From NCBI GenBank assembly GCA_964528975.1, contig CAZGVG010000002.1, positions 1 through 59,389 of the forward strand: a stretch of 59,389 nucleotides of DNA, read 5' to 3'. This document shows, piece by piece, positions 49,102 through 58,233 of the stretch (within the stretch, counting starts at the first letter, position 1; every line of letters begins with the position of its first letter). A program made the position numbers and the translations under genes. The notes beneath the pieces were generated by a model. The model was not told where the DNA came from. It made no database searches and worked only from the letters and a program-made list of their open reading frames with translations. Source of the stretch: an uncultured Hyphomonas sp. GTDB lineage: Bacteria > Pseudomonadota > Alphaproteobacteria > Caulobacterales > Hyphomonadaceae.

Positions 49102-49419
49102 ATGAGTTTGTCTGTAAGTCAAAATAAAGACCTGTACAAAGCTGCGCTCAATCAGTTTGTTAGCGAGGCGCAATTTTATGCAGGCCAGGCTCAAGACTAT
49201 CTGGTCAATTTAAGTATGGGCGAGCGCCTCCTTGGGCTTTGTGCTTTCATCATGCTTGTCATGTATATTATTGTGTCTCGCGCCCGCCGAAAGTATAATC
49301 CAGGGAGCCATGGACGCCAATTTGTTGCCGCTGTGATCCTAGTGTCTATCGTCGCCTTCGGAACAGGCTGGACGTTTGATTCAGGCGAGGGCAGCATGAG
49401 CGGTCTCTTTATGCGCTAG
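49102..49419 (+). CDS. Small hypothetical membrane protein
   Basis: 105 aa with two TM helices; between the aminotransferase and uvrC. Confidence 0.6.
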   Translation: MSLSVSQNKDLYKAALNQFVSEAQFYAGQAQDYLVNLSMGERLLGLCAFIMLVMYIIVSRARRKYNPGSHGRQFVAAVILVSIVAFGTGWTFDSGEGSMSGLFMR

Positions 49420-49451
49420 GCTTTTCTGCGCAGCCGTCCTAAATTAGCGGT

Positions 49452-51326
49452 ATGCCGCACTCAGTCGAAACTTCCAGCCGCAAACGCGGCGTTGATGTCA
49501 TCAAGGATAACCTCTCCCGGTTGCCGGCCAAACCCGGCGTTTACCGGATGTTCGGGGAAGACGAGACGGTTTTGTATGTCGGTAAAGCCAAAAGTCTGAA
49601 GGCGCGTGTCTCATCCTATACGCGGATTGGCGGCCACACACAGCGTATAGCCGCTATGATCATGGCGACGGCGCGCATGGAGTTTGTGGTCACCGAGACA
49701 GAGACTGAAGCGCTTTTGCTTGAGGCAAGCCTGATCAAGTCATTGAAGCCCCGCTACAATATCCTTCTACGCGATGATAAATCATTTCCCTACATTTTGA
49801 TCCGGCGGGATCATGAGGCGCCGCAAGTTTTGAAGTATCGTGGCTCGAAAAAAGATCGCGGCGACTATTTTGGCCCCTTTGCCAGTGCCAATGCTGTAAC
49901 GCGGACAATTGATACATTGCAGAAAGCGTTCCTTCTGCGCACCTGTGAGGACAGCGTCTATAATGTCCGCACCCGGCCCTGCATGTTGCATCAGATCAAG
50001 CGTTGCTCTGCGCCTTGTGTCGGGTTGGTGGAGCATGATGCGTATAATGAACTGGCCAATCAGGCGGCAGACTTTCTGCGCGGCAAAGCCACAGACTTGC
50101 AAACCGATCTTGCGTCTCAAATGGAGCAGGCCTCTGAGGATATGGACTTTGAGCGCGCAGCGTCTTTGCGCGACCGTATTCGGGCGCTGGCCGTTGTGCG
50201 GGCCCAGCAAGACATTAATCCAGACGGGATTGAAGAGGCTGACATCTTTGCCATTGCGATTGAGGGCGGTCTCTCAGCGGTGCAGGTTTTCTTCATCCGG
50301 GCCGGGCAAAACTGGGGCGCGACAGTGCATTTCCCGCGCCATGAAAAGGGTGAGACAGAAGGCGATATTCTTGCCGCCTTTCTCGTGCAATTCTATGATA
50401 AACGCCCACCGCCGCGTTTGATCCTGAGCAATACCAACCCTTCCGATGCCGAACTTATTATTGATGCTTTGGCCTTGAAAGCGGACCGGAAAGTTGAGCT
50501 TCGAACCCCGCGAAGGGGCGATAAACGTTCATTGGTTCAGCAAGCAAGCCGAAATGCCGCCGAAGCGCTGAGCCGCAAACTTGCTGAAAGCGCCAGCCAG
50601 GCGCGGCTTTTGAAAGAAGTGGCGAAGGCGTTTGATCTGTCTGAACCGCCCGCCCGGATCGAGGTCTATGATAACTCGCACATCCAGGGGTCCAATATGG
50701 TTGGCGGCATGGTGGTCGCCGGGCCTGATGGCTTCGACAAAGGCCAGTACCGTAAGTTCAATATCAAGGATAAGAGCATCGAGCCTGGCGATGATTATGG
50801 CATGATGCGCGAAGTAATGCGCAGGCGCTTTGCCAGAGCTCTGAAGGACCGTGATGAAGGCAATAAGGAAACCTGGCCTGACCTGATCCTGATTGATGGC
50901 GGGCTGGGGCAGCTCAGCAGCGTCATTGAAGCGATCGCAGAGCTGGGCCTTAGCCCAAATGATGTGCCGCTGGTTTCAATTGCGAAAGGTGTTGAACGCA
51001 ATGCCGGCCGAGAGCAATTCTTCCGACCGGGTAAAGCGCCATTCCGCCTGCCAGAAAACGCACCTGTTCTATACTATTTGCAGAGGCTGCGCGATGAAGC
51101 GCACCGCTGGGCCATCGGCGCACATCGCGCGAAACGCAGCGCTGACATCAAAAAGAACCCGCTCGATGAAATTGAAGGCATTGGGCCAGGCCGGAAAAAG
51201 GCATTGCTGCAATACTTTGGATCAGCCAAAGGCGTTTCGCGCGCCAAATTGGCGGACTTGAAAGAGGTTGATGGTGTTTCTGCCGCGCTTGCCGAACGGA
51301 TTTATGGCCATTTCAATAGCGGCTAA
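49452..51326 (+). CDS. uvrC: Excinuclease ABC subunit C
   Basis: PGVYRM, LYVGKAKSL, PRYNILLRDDKS, EVYDNSH, LIDGG.GQ, RDEAHR, C-terminal HhH. Confidence 0.98.
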   Translation: MPHSVETSSRKRGVDVIKDNLSRLPAKPGVYRMFGEDETVLYVGKAKSLKARVSSYTRIGGHTQRIAAMIMATARMEFVVTETETEALLLEASLIKSLKPRYNILLRDDKSFPYILIRRDHEAPQVLKYRGSKKDRGDYFGPFASANAVTRTIDTLQKAFLLRTCEDSVYNVRTRPCMLHQIKRCSAPCVGLVEHDAYNELANQAADFLRGKATDLQTDLASQMEQASEDMDFERAASLRDRIRALAVVRAQQDINPDGIEEADIFAIAIEGGLSAVQVFFIRAGQNWGATVHFPRHEKGETEGDILAAFLVQFYDKRPPPRLILSNTNPSDAELIIDALALKADRKVELRTPRRGDKRSLVQQASRNAAEALSRKLAESASQARLLKEVAKAFDLSEPPARIEVYDNSHIQGSNMVGGMVVAGPDGFDKGQYRKFNIKDKSIEPGDDYGMMREVMRRRFARALKDRDEGNKETWPDLILIDGGLGQLSSVIEAIAELGLSPNDVPLVSIAKGVERNAGREQFFRPGKAPFRLPENAPVLYYLQRLRDEAHRWAIGAHRAKRSADIKKNPLDEIEGIGPGRKKALLQYFGSAKGVSRAKLADLKEVDGVSAALAERIYGHFNSG

Positions 51327-51895
51327 CGGTTCGCGCCCGGGACCCATTTAACGTCATCAGCGCCATCATTGTTAGCAGCGCGTCCAGCTACAAACAGCCA
51401 GTCTGAGAGACGGTTGGCATAAGCAAGGGTCGCTGCGCTCACGATCTCATTTTCCATTGCGGAAAGCTCCGCGATCTGGCGCTCAGCTCGGCGGCAAAGG
51501 GTGCGGGCAACATGTAGGTGCGTCGCCAGAGCCGACCCGCCCGGTAGGATAAAGCTATCCAGTGGTGGGATATTAGCGTTCATCGCATCGATTTCAGCTT
51601 CAAGCCGCTCCACCTGCGCTTCAACAATCCGTAAAGGTTCCCATTCGAGCTTTTTGCCTCTGTCAGGAGTGGCAAGATCCGCACCCAGGTCAAAAAGGTC
51701 ATTCTGAATTCGGCGCAGAGCGCTCAGCATGTCACCTTTTGCGTGGAGGGTTGAGACGCCTAAGGCGGCGTTGACCTCATCGACTGTGCCATAAGCGGTA
51801 ACGCGCGGATGCCATTTATTGACCTGCTCGCCAGTTGAGAGGCGTGTTGTGCCTTTATCACCTGCCTTGGTGTAAATCTTGTCCAGCTTGACCAT
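51323..51895 (-). CDS. PduO-type ATP:cob(I)alamin adenosyltransferase
   Basis: KIYTKAGDKGTT, YGTVDEVN, QNDLFDLGADLATP, FILPGG, CRRAER, NRLSD. Confidence 0.94.
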   Translation of the reverse strand: MVKLDKIYTKAGDKGTTRLSTGEQVNKWHPRVTAYGTVDEVNAALGVSTLHAKGDMLSALRRIQNDLFDLGADLATPDRGKKLEWEPLRIVEAQVERLEAEIDAMNANIPPLDSFILPGGSALATHLHVARTLCRRAERQIAELSAMENEIVSAATLAYANRLSDWLFVAGRAANNDGADDVKWVPGANR

Positions 51896-51905
51896 GAGCC
51901 GCTCC

Positions 51906-52115
51906 TTAGAAGAGTTTTATAGACCCTAAAACGATCCCAAGCAGGACAAGGATACCGATAACCCCCGCCTGAACGGCAATCCGCATCCGCATCAGTTGGT
52001 TGGACCGGCTGCGCTGCTCATCCCCCTCTTTGAGAAGGTTTATCAGACCAAGCGCCAGCACCACAACCAGCGCGGCAACGCCAACAAACAGCGCGTAGGA
52101 AAGTATGGTAGCCAT
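51906..52115 (-). CDS. Twin transmembrane helix small protein (HIG1-like)
   Basis: VLALGL...SNQLMRMRIAVQ; usual neighbour of pduO in alphaproteobacteria. Confidence 0.85.
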   Translation of the reverse strand: MATILSYALFVGVAALVVVLALGLINLLKEGDEQRSRSNQLMRMRIAVQAGVIGILVLLGIVLGSIKLF

Positions 52116-52190
52116 GAAGGAGCCCTTTCATTTATCAGATGTCAATTAGGGCACTTGTGCTCGCAGCCCATGAGGCAAGCCGACGCGTGC

Positions 52191-52895
52191 CTAATATTCG
52201 TAGGTTTCAACCCGGTCGACCTTGATCGTATAGGCCGCATCAGCCAGCTCTGATTCTTGTGTCTGGGTATATATTGTGCCCTCGATCCAGACCGCCTGGG
52301 CAAGGTTTCTGAGCTTGATCGGCTTATCTGCTATAATGAAAAGGGTCTGGTTTGGCGGTGGCGGAGGCGCGTGTAGACAGGCTCCAAAATATGGGACGAG
52401 CAGAAATTCTGTGATCTCGGCATTGGAACCATATTCAAACGGAACCGTATATCCTGGGATGCGGACCTTGGTTTCATTCAGCTCTTTCACCGTGTTAAAC
52501 GTACCGATCTGGACCATCTGGTCTGCCGCAGAACCCTCGGCAATACCGCCGCCGGAATAGAGCATTGCCATCTGGTTCTGGTAGAGCGCGGCGAGGCGTT
52601 CTTCTTCGCCTTCCGGCATGAGTTCTTCCCAGCCTATTTCCCGCAAGCCCCGCGCCGCAGCGTCATTCGCCTCAAACCCGGCAGCCGCCATCCGGTTTGA
52701 TGATTCGAGATCTGGTTCTGGTATCCGGTCCCCAACCTGAGGTTCCGTTGAAGGAGCTTTGACATCATTTGCGGCTGGCGCAGGCGCATCTACGGCCTCA
52801 GCGGTCAAAACAGGCGCTGTGGACTCGGGCTCCGAAGGTCCGCAAGCGACAAGAGCAGCGCTGGCCAGGACAGGTATTAGAATGCGGTAAATCAT
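52191..52895 (-). CDS. DUF3299 family lipoprotein (ZrgD-like)
   Basis: Lipobox LVAC; WEELMP, VRIPGY, FLLVPYFGACLHAPPPPPNQ. Confidence 0.88.
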   Translation of the reverse strand: MIYRILIPVLASAALVACGPSEPESTAPVLTAEAVDAPAPAANDVKAPSTEPQVGDRIPEPDLESSNRMAAAGFEANDAAARGLREIGWEELMPEGEEERLAALYQNQMAMLYSGGGIAEGSAADQMVQIGTFNTVKELNETKVRIPGYTVPFEYGSNAEITEFLLVPYFGACLHAPPPPPNQTLFIIADKPIKLRNLAQAVWIEGTIYTQTQESELADAAYTIKVDRVETYEY

Positions 52896-52950
52896 ACTCC
52901 TCACTTAAGCTCGATTACAACGTGCGGCTAGGCCTTTGCCGCGCTTGTGA

Positions 52951-54219
52951 TCACACTTTAACGCTGAGCCCGTCGGCCAAGGATCGCCGAAGCGCAGTCA
53001 AAGCTGGCCAAAGTCCGAGGAAAAATGCCGCAAGTGTCACAGCGCCGATGGTCCAGAGATCGACCAGGCCTGGCCCAGTGCCGCTTAAAGCAACGCCATA
53101 CTGAGCAGACAGGATTGGCGCTGCGACGGCAAAGATGCCTTGTATCAGGACGGCGCCCAGAACAGCGCCGACAAAGCCAAGAGCCGCGGCTTCCAGAACC
53201 AGAAGCGCGAAGATATGCCCGGGCCGAGCCCCTGTGGCGCGCAGGATCGACATCTCTCGTCTGCGCTCATTCAAACTGGTCAGGATGCTGGTCAGGATCG
53301 AAACAAGGCCAACCGCGATCACAAAAGCCGAAACAGCGAGCAAGACACGCTCAGCCGTGCCCATAACCTGCCAAAGCTCAGCCAAGGCTTGACCGGGAAT
53401 AATGGCCAGTAGTGGCTCGGATCTATTGGTATTGATCGCGCGGCGTGTGCGCAGAACCGAAGCTCTGTTTTTCAGACCAACATAAACAGCCGTTACGGTT
53501 TTTGGGGTCAGGTCGAAGCTGCGCACCATCTCTTCCGTAATCGTGTCGGCGAGCGGGTTCTTTGTGCCTGTTTCCCAGCCGACATGCATGGCGGTAATGC
53601 CTTCGAGAGAGACATGGATCGTCTGATCGACGGGGGTTCCTGTCGGCTTCAGCACACCCACGACACGGAAAGGTCGATTGTCATGATCCGACAGCCCGCT
53701 GGCGCCAAGACCGTGCGTAAGTATCATTGAGGTTCCAAGCTCATAGCCCAGGTCTTTGGCAACCTTCGCGCCCAGAACCGCGTCGAACAGATCATCAAAC
53801 TGCTGGCCCTCTGCGAAGCTCAGAGCCTGCTTCTCACCATATTTATAATGCTTGAAATAGGCTTGCGTTGTACCGAGCACCCGGAAGCCGCGATGGCTAT
53901 CGCCAAGAGAGATTGGCACGGTCCACCCAATATCCGTGCGGTTTTCAAGCTCCTGATAAGCGGGCCATGAAATCTCCGCCGTCGCGTTGCCCAGCCGGAA
54001 GACGGAATAAAGCAGCAGATTAATCTGCCCGGACGGTGCGCCGACGATGAGATCAGTCCCGGAAATAGTATTATCAAAGCCTGCACGCGCCGCGTTTCTC
54101 GCTTTTTCGACACCCAAGAAAAGGGCAACCGACAAAGCCACGGCAATGATGGTCAACAGCGCTGAGACGCGGCGGTTCCATAGGCTGCGCCACGCCAGGT
54201 CAAAGATCGAAACCCCCAT
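52951..54219 (-). CDS. ABC transporter permease, FtsX/MacB/LolE-like (ZrgC-like)
   Basis: LAWRSLWNRR, TDLIVGA, LLLYSVF, PISLGDSHRGFRV, GLTHG-like THG, SLNERRREMSILRA.GA. Confidence 0.9.
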   Translation of the reverse strand: MGVSIFDLAWRSLWNRRVSALLTIIAVALSVALFLGVEKARNAARAGFDNTISGTDLIVGAPSGQINLLLYSVFRLGNATAEISWPAYQELENRTDIGWTVPISLGDSHRGFRVLGTTQAYFKHYKYGEKQALSFAEGQQFDDLFDAVLGAKVAKDLGYELGTSMILTHGLGASGLSDHDNRPFRVVGVLKPTGTPVDQTIHVSLEGITAMHVGWETGTKNPLADTITEEMVRSFDLTPKTVTAVYVGLKNRASVLRTRRAINTNRSEPLLAIIPGQALAELWQVMGTAERVLLAVSAFVIAVGLVSILTSILTSLNERRREMSILRATGARPGHIFALLVLEAAALGFVGAVLGAVLIQGIFAVAAPILSAQYGVALSGTGPGLVDLWTIGAVTLAAFFLGLWPALTALRRSLADGLSVKV

Positions 54220-54929
54220 CAGGCCGCCCTCTTGTCTGGCGCCTTCGCGTTGATCTCGAACAGATCAACAGCCCGGTCAAACAAGCTGGCAAGACTGGCA
54301 TCATGGCTGACAAAAAGCAGGCTGGCCCCAGTTGCTGTCGCTTCCTCGCTGAGCAGCGTAATAAAGCGGTCGCGGCTATCGGCATCGAGCGCCGAAGTCG
54401 GCTCATCGGCAATGATCAGTTTTGGCCCACCGATCAGGGCGCGGGCCGCTGCAACGCGCTGCTGTTGACCAACCGAGAGATCAGTGACCTTTCGATTCAG
54501 AAGGCCCGGGTCGCTCAGTCCGAGCCGTTTCAAAAGGCGATGAGCTTCAAATGTAACCCCGCCCGCAGCCTTTGCGTGCGCCAATCGCTGTTTTGAAAAG
54601 CGGCATGGCAGAATGACATTTTCAGTCACAGATAAATAAGGGACCAGATTAAACATCTGGAAAATAACGCCCAGATGGTCGGCCCGTACGCCATCCCTCT
54701 GGCTGCCTGATAGCTTGGCCATATCTTTGCCAGTTACCATCACCTCGCCACTTTGCGGCGTCAGCACACCTGAAATCAAGCCTAAGAGCGTTGATTTTCC
54801 AGACCCACTTGGGCCTTTTAAAAACAGGCGTTCAGAAGCCGCGAGCGTGAAGGCCTTGATGTCTAAAAGAGGCGCTTGCTCTGGCCAGGCAAAGCGCAGA
54901 TTCTGGACATCAACAATTGGCGGTTTCAT
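54219..54929 (-). CDS. ABC transporter ATP-binding protein, LolD/MacB-like (ZrgB-like)
   Basis: GPSGSGKST, IFQMFNLVPYL, LSVGQQQR, ADEPTSALD, VSHD. Confidence 0.94.
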   Translation of the reverse strand: MKPPIVDVQNLRFAWPEQAPLLDIKAFTLAASERLFLKGPSGSGKSTLLGLISGVLTPQSGEVMVTGKDMAKLSGSQRDGVRADHLGVIFQMFNLVPYLSVTENVILPCRFSKQRLAHAKAAGGVTFEAHRLLKRLGLSDPGLLNRKVTDLSVGQQQRVAAARALIGGPKLIIADEPTSALDADSRDRFITLLSEEATATGASLLFVSHDASLASLFDRAVDLFEINAKAPDKRAA

Positions 54930-55628
54930 CTAATTGAGAGTGAGCCTTGCTGCGTCCGGCGTCAATTCACTTGCCGACTGTCCTGCATCGGTCAGGACAA
55001 CAGCATCAATATCCTCAAACCCTGAGAATGCTGAAAAGACTGTCACGTCAATGGCTGTGACGGCTTTCACATCCGGGCATGCATACAGCAAATCGATCGC
55101 CATATTGCCATGATCGCCATTACTGCGCGCCATAACACTTGCTTCACTGCGTGTGCAGGCATCGCCGCCGACTAGGGTCACAAGGCTGTCTGTATAAAGG
55201 CTGCTATTCTCGATCTCTGTATCACTTTCATTTAAACCGAAATTCGCAAGTGGGGCCTCAAGAGAAACAGCGATCGTTGTTTCGGAGAGGGAAACAGCAA
55301 GGTCGCCATGACCATGCACATGGGCCTCGCCGCCAGCATGATCATGCTCTGCTTCATCGTGGTCATGGTCGCTGTGCTCTTTGTCAGCATGATCATGACC
55401 CTCTTCGTCTTGATGGCCTGTTTCGGCATGACCTTCATCATCGTGATCATGTCCTTCTGGCGCAGCTGGAGCTTCAGGCGCTGGCCCTTCAGCGACGACG
55501 GTCTCAGTATTTTCAGCAACAGATGCGGGCGGCGGCGCAGGTGCATCCTCAATCACTTCAGCAGGCTGGCAGGCCGTCGCAAAAATGGCGGATATGGCGG
55601 CGATCAAAATCTGAGTTGAACGGGTCAT
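54930..55628 (-). CDS. ZrgA/DUF2796-like His-rich metal-binding lipoprotein
   Basis: Signal ending ATAC; His/Asp tract; AHVHGHG; LEAPLANFG; first gene before ABC and DUF3299. Confidence 0.82.
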   Translation of the reverse strand: MTRSTQILIAAISAIFATACQPAEVIEDAPAPPPASVAENTETVVAEGPAPEAPAAPEGHDHDDEGHAETGHQDEEGHDHADKEHSDHDHDEAEHDHAGGEAHVHGHGDLAVSLSETTIAVSLEAPLANFGLNESDTEIENSSLYTDSLVTLVGGDACTRSEASVMARSNGDHGNMAIDLLYACPDVKAVTAIDVTVFSAFSGFEDIDAVVLTDAGQSASELTPDAARLTLN

Positions 55629-55686
55629 TGGGGTCAGCTTTCGTTTGACAGGGTCAGGTGAGATGACTACCTCGCCTTGACGATTT

Positions 55687-55701
55687 TGGGACACTATAAC
55701 A
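55687..55701. promoter_or_regulatory. Degenerate Zur-like box between divergent zrgA-like and ZIP genes
   Basis: Minus strand TGTTATA-G-TGTCCCA: one perfect TGTTATA half-site, the other 4/7. Confidence 0.45.
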
Positions 55702-55755
55702 TCTCAAGACATGACAAAAGGCTAGTGTGCCGAAAAGCTCAGGATTTCTAACCCT

Positions 55756-56550
55756 ATGCTCGATGCCGTGCAGGCCCCTCTTTTCTTTGGACTAATCGCA
55801 GCCTTCGTCACGACGTTAGGCTTGCTCGCAGTTGCGCTAAGAGGCGACTGGAGCTTGCGCTATGCCAACCTGTTCGGGCTTGCCGCTGCCGGCATGCTGA
55901 CGGCGATGGCGTTTCTGCACATCCTGCCGGAAGCCTTCGCGCAATCTGAAGCGGCCCCTGTTTGGCTCTCCGTTGGCTTTTTTGGCGGTCTGTTGCTGCA
56001 TTATCTTATCAGGGGGCTCTTTCCAGAACGGCCTGAAGCGACCCTGCCGAGCGAGGCCATAACGCCCATTCTGGCGATTGGCGTTCATTCCTTTATCGAC
56101 GGGATTGTCTATTCGGTGACGTTTGCGGCGAGTTTCGAAACAGGGGTCTACTCTGCCATTGGGCTGATTTTGCACGAGTTCCCGGAAGGCGTGATTGCCT
56201 TTGCAATCCTGCGCAGACACAATGTGTCCAACCGCTCGGCCTTTTTCTGGGCCTTCTTGGCGGCCGCTGCGACGACGCCACTGGGTGTGCTTGTATCGGG
56301 GCCTTTCATGTTTGGCCTTGGAGATGAGGTTATCGGGATGCTATTTGCGCTCTCTGCGGGCCTCTTATTGTTCGTCGCGACCGGCCCGCTTATGGCGCCT
56401 CTAAAGGAAACAAGTACCGGAAAAGGGCTTGCGGCGCTTACAACAGGCGTTGTCATCGCTGCTGGGCTTTTGCTTTTGCCGTTTCACGATCACGCGCATG
56501 ATGAAGATGACCACCACGGCCACAATCACGCACAGATTGAGTGGCCATAG
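55756..56550 (+). CDS. ZIP family divalent metal transporter with His-rich C-terminus
   Basis: LHILPEA, HSFIDG, LHEFPEG metal sites; tail HDHAHDEDDHHGHNH. Confidence 0.9.
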   Translation: MLDAVQAPLFFGLIAAFVTTLGLLAVALRGDWSLRYANLFGLAAAGMLTAMAFLHILPEAFAQSEAAPVWLSVGFFGGLLLHYLIRGLFPERPEATLPSEAITPILAIGVHSFIDGIVYSVTFAASFETGVYSAIGLILHEFPEGVIAFAILRRHNVSNRSAFFWAFLAAAATTPLGVLVSGPFMFGLGDEVIGMLFALSAGLLLFVATGPLMAPLKETSTGKGLAALTTGVVIAAGLLLLPFHDHAHDEDDHHGHNHAQIEWP

Positions 56551-56552
56551 TG

Positions 56553-57341
56553 ATGGGCTTGCGCGCACTCTTTCTGAGCTTGTTTTTAGCTTTGGCCTGC
56601 GTCTCGCTCGCCCCAAATGTGTCCGCGCACCCTGAAGATGAGTTCTGCACCATGGATGGCGGCATGGACCCCGCGCTTTGCCGCGCCCTTCAGGAAATGG
56701 ACCGGGCTGCTGGGTCTGAGGATGCAGCTTCTGACAGTATGCAGACGGAGACCATTGATTTTGATCGACCAGCACTCGAAACGTTCGGCCTATATATAAA
56801 AATCGGTTTGCAACACATTCTGCCAGGCGGGCTTGATCATATCCTGTTTGTGCTGGCGCTCTTTTTCTCAACCCGGCGTCTCAAGCCGCTTATCCTTCAA
56901 GTCTCAGCCTTTACGCTCGCGCATACCGTGACGCTGGCACTGGTGGCTTCCGGTGTATTAAGCCCACCCGCTTCGATCGTGGAGCCTTTAATCGCTGCAA
57001 CCATTGCCTTTGTCGCGATTGAGAACCTTGTCTTCAAGGATATGCAGCGCTGGCGGCCTCTGATCGTCTTTGTCTTTGGGCTTATTCACGGGATGGGGTT
57101 TGCCGGGTTCTTTGGTACGCTTGGGCTTCCAAGTGGGCAGTTCTGGAGTGCCCTGATCGGTTTCAATATTGGTGTGGAGCTTGGTCAGCTCGCAGTCATT
57201 GCCCTAGCGGCGCTTCTGCTGTGGCCCGTCACGCGCAGGATTCAAGAAGGTCAGTATCGCAAATTCATCGTCTGGCCAGCCTGCGGGCTTATCGGCCTCA
57301 CTGGAGCTTTTTGGACGTTTGAGCGAGTGTTTCTAGCTTAA
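56553..57341 (+). CDS. HupE/UreJ family membrane protein
   Basis: Signal ending SAH; GLQHILPGGLDHILF, FTLAHTVTL, VEPLIAATI, FGLIHGMGFA, FNIGVELGQ. Confidence 0.9.
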   Translation: MGLRALFLSLFLALACVSLAPNVSAHPEDEFCTMDGGMDPALCRALQEMDRAAGSEDAASDSMQTETIDFDRPALETFGLYIKIGLQHILPGGLDHILFVLALFFSTRRLKPLILQVSAFTLAHTVTLALVASGVLSPPASIVEPLIAATIAFVAIENLVFKDMQRWRPLIVFVFGLIHGMGFAGFFGTLGLPSGQFWSALIGFNIGVELGQLAVIALAALLLWPVTRRIQEGQYRKFIVWPACGLIGLTGAFWTFERVFLA

Positions 57342-57370
57342 TAGGCATCGGCTTTGCACGATGACTGGCT

Positions 57371-58231
57371 ATGGCCTTTAAGATTTTAGAAACCAAACGA
57401 ATATGGCGATATGCCTGTGCCGTTCTGGCATCATTTGTCACCACATTCATTGCAGTAATGTCCTCCCCCTTCGCCGCAGCGCAGACATGCAGCTGGCAAG
57501 ATGCCGCAAGCTGGCAACTGGCGATTAGTGAGCCTCAGGTTGAGGCAACGCCGGAATACATCCTCAACGTCACGGAAACCTTCATTGCAGCCTGTCCAGA
57601 GCGACCAGAGGTTGCGGAGGCGCGTCGTATTGCGGGCATCGCAGCAGCCGATGAGGGCCTTGCTAAACGCGCTACAGAGCATTTTAGCGCAGCAGGGCCG
57701 ATGACTGATGCACAATCAAATTTCTATGCCATATCAGCCTATCTCGCCGCAGGCGATAAGCAGGCAGCCTGGGACACGCGGGATAAGTATGTTGAAACCT
57801 GGTTAAGGCAGATCAAGCGCAGCGGTCATGTTTCTGTCGAGACGCGTCAGGTTCGAGGGGGGCACATTCACAGCGTTCTGTTTGGCAAGAAGAATAAAGA
57901 AAGCGGTATCGGCGCGGCTTGGGTGGCCATCCCTGATGGCCCGGGGTGGCCGGCAACCTTGACCTTTTCAGCGGAACGACAGCGGCTTGCATTCCAAAAG
58001 ATCAGGGGCGGGCAGGTTCCGGAAGACCTCCGCCATATTGATCTGTATCGCTGCCATGGCAGACGCTTGATGGCTGAACGCGATGCGTCCAGCTCTGCGG
58101 GCCAGCTTGACCTTTCAGCGGAAATCGCCCTTGAAGCCTATCTGGCGAGGCCCGATCAGTATCAGAAAGGCAATGCCGGAGACCCCCTGACTGTTTGCTT
58201 ATGGCCCGGCCGTTTATTCCCGAAGCCTTAA
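57371..58231 (+). CDS. Hypothetical secreted protein (TPR-like N-terminal half, Cys pairs)
   Basis: Signal-like segment; helical repeat-like region; Cys near both ends; no family recognised. Confidence 0.6.
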   Translation: MAFKILETKRIWRYACAVLASFVTTFIAVMSSPFAAAQTCSWQDAASWQLAISEPQVEATPEYILNVTETFIAACPERPEVAEARRIAGIAAADEGLAKRATEHFSAAGPMTDAQSNFYAISAYLAAGDKQAAWDTRDKYVETWLRQIKRSGHVSVETRQVRGGHIHSVLFGKKNKESGIGAAWVAIPDGPGWPATLTFSAERQRLAFQKIRGGQVPEDLRHIDLYRCHGRRLMAERDASSSAGQLDLSAEIALEAYLARPDQYQKGNAGDPLTVCLWPGRLFPKP

Positions 58232-58233
58232 GG

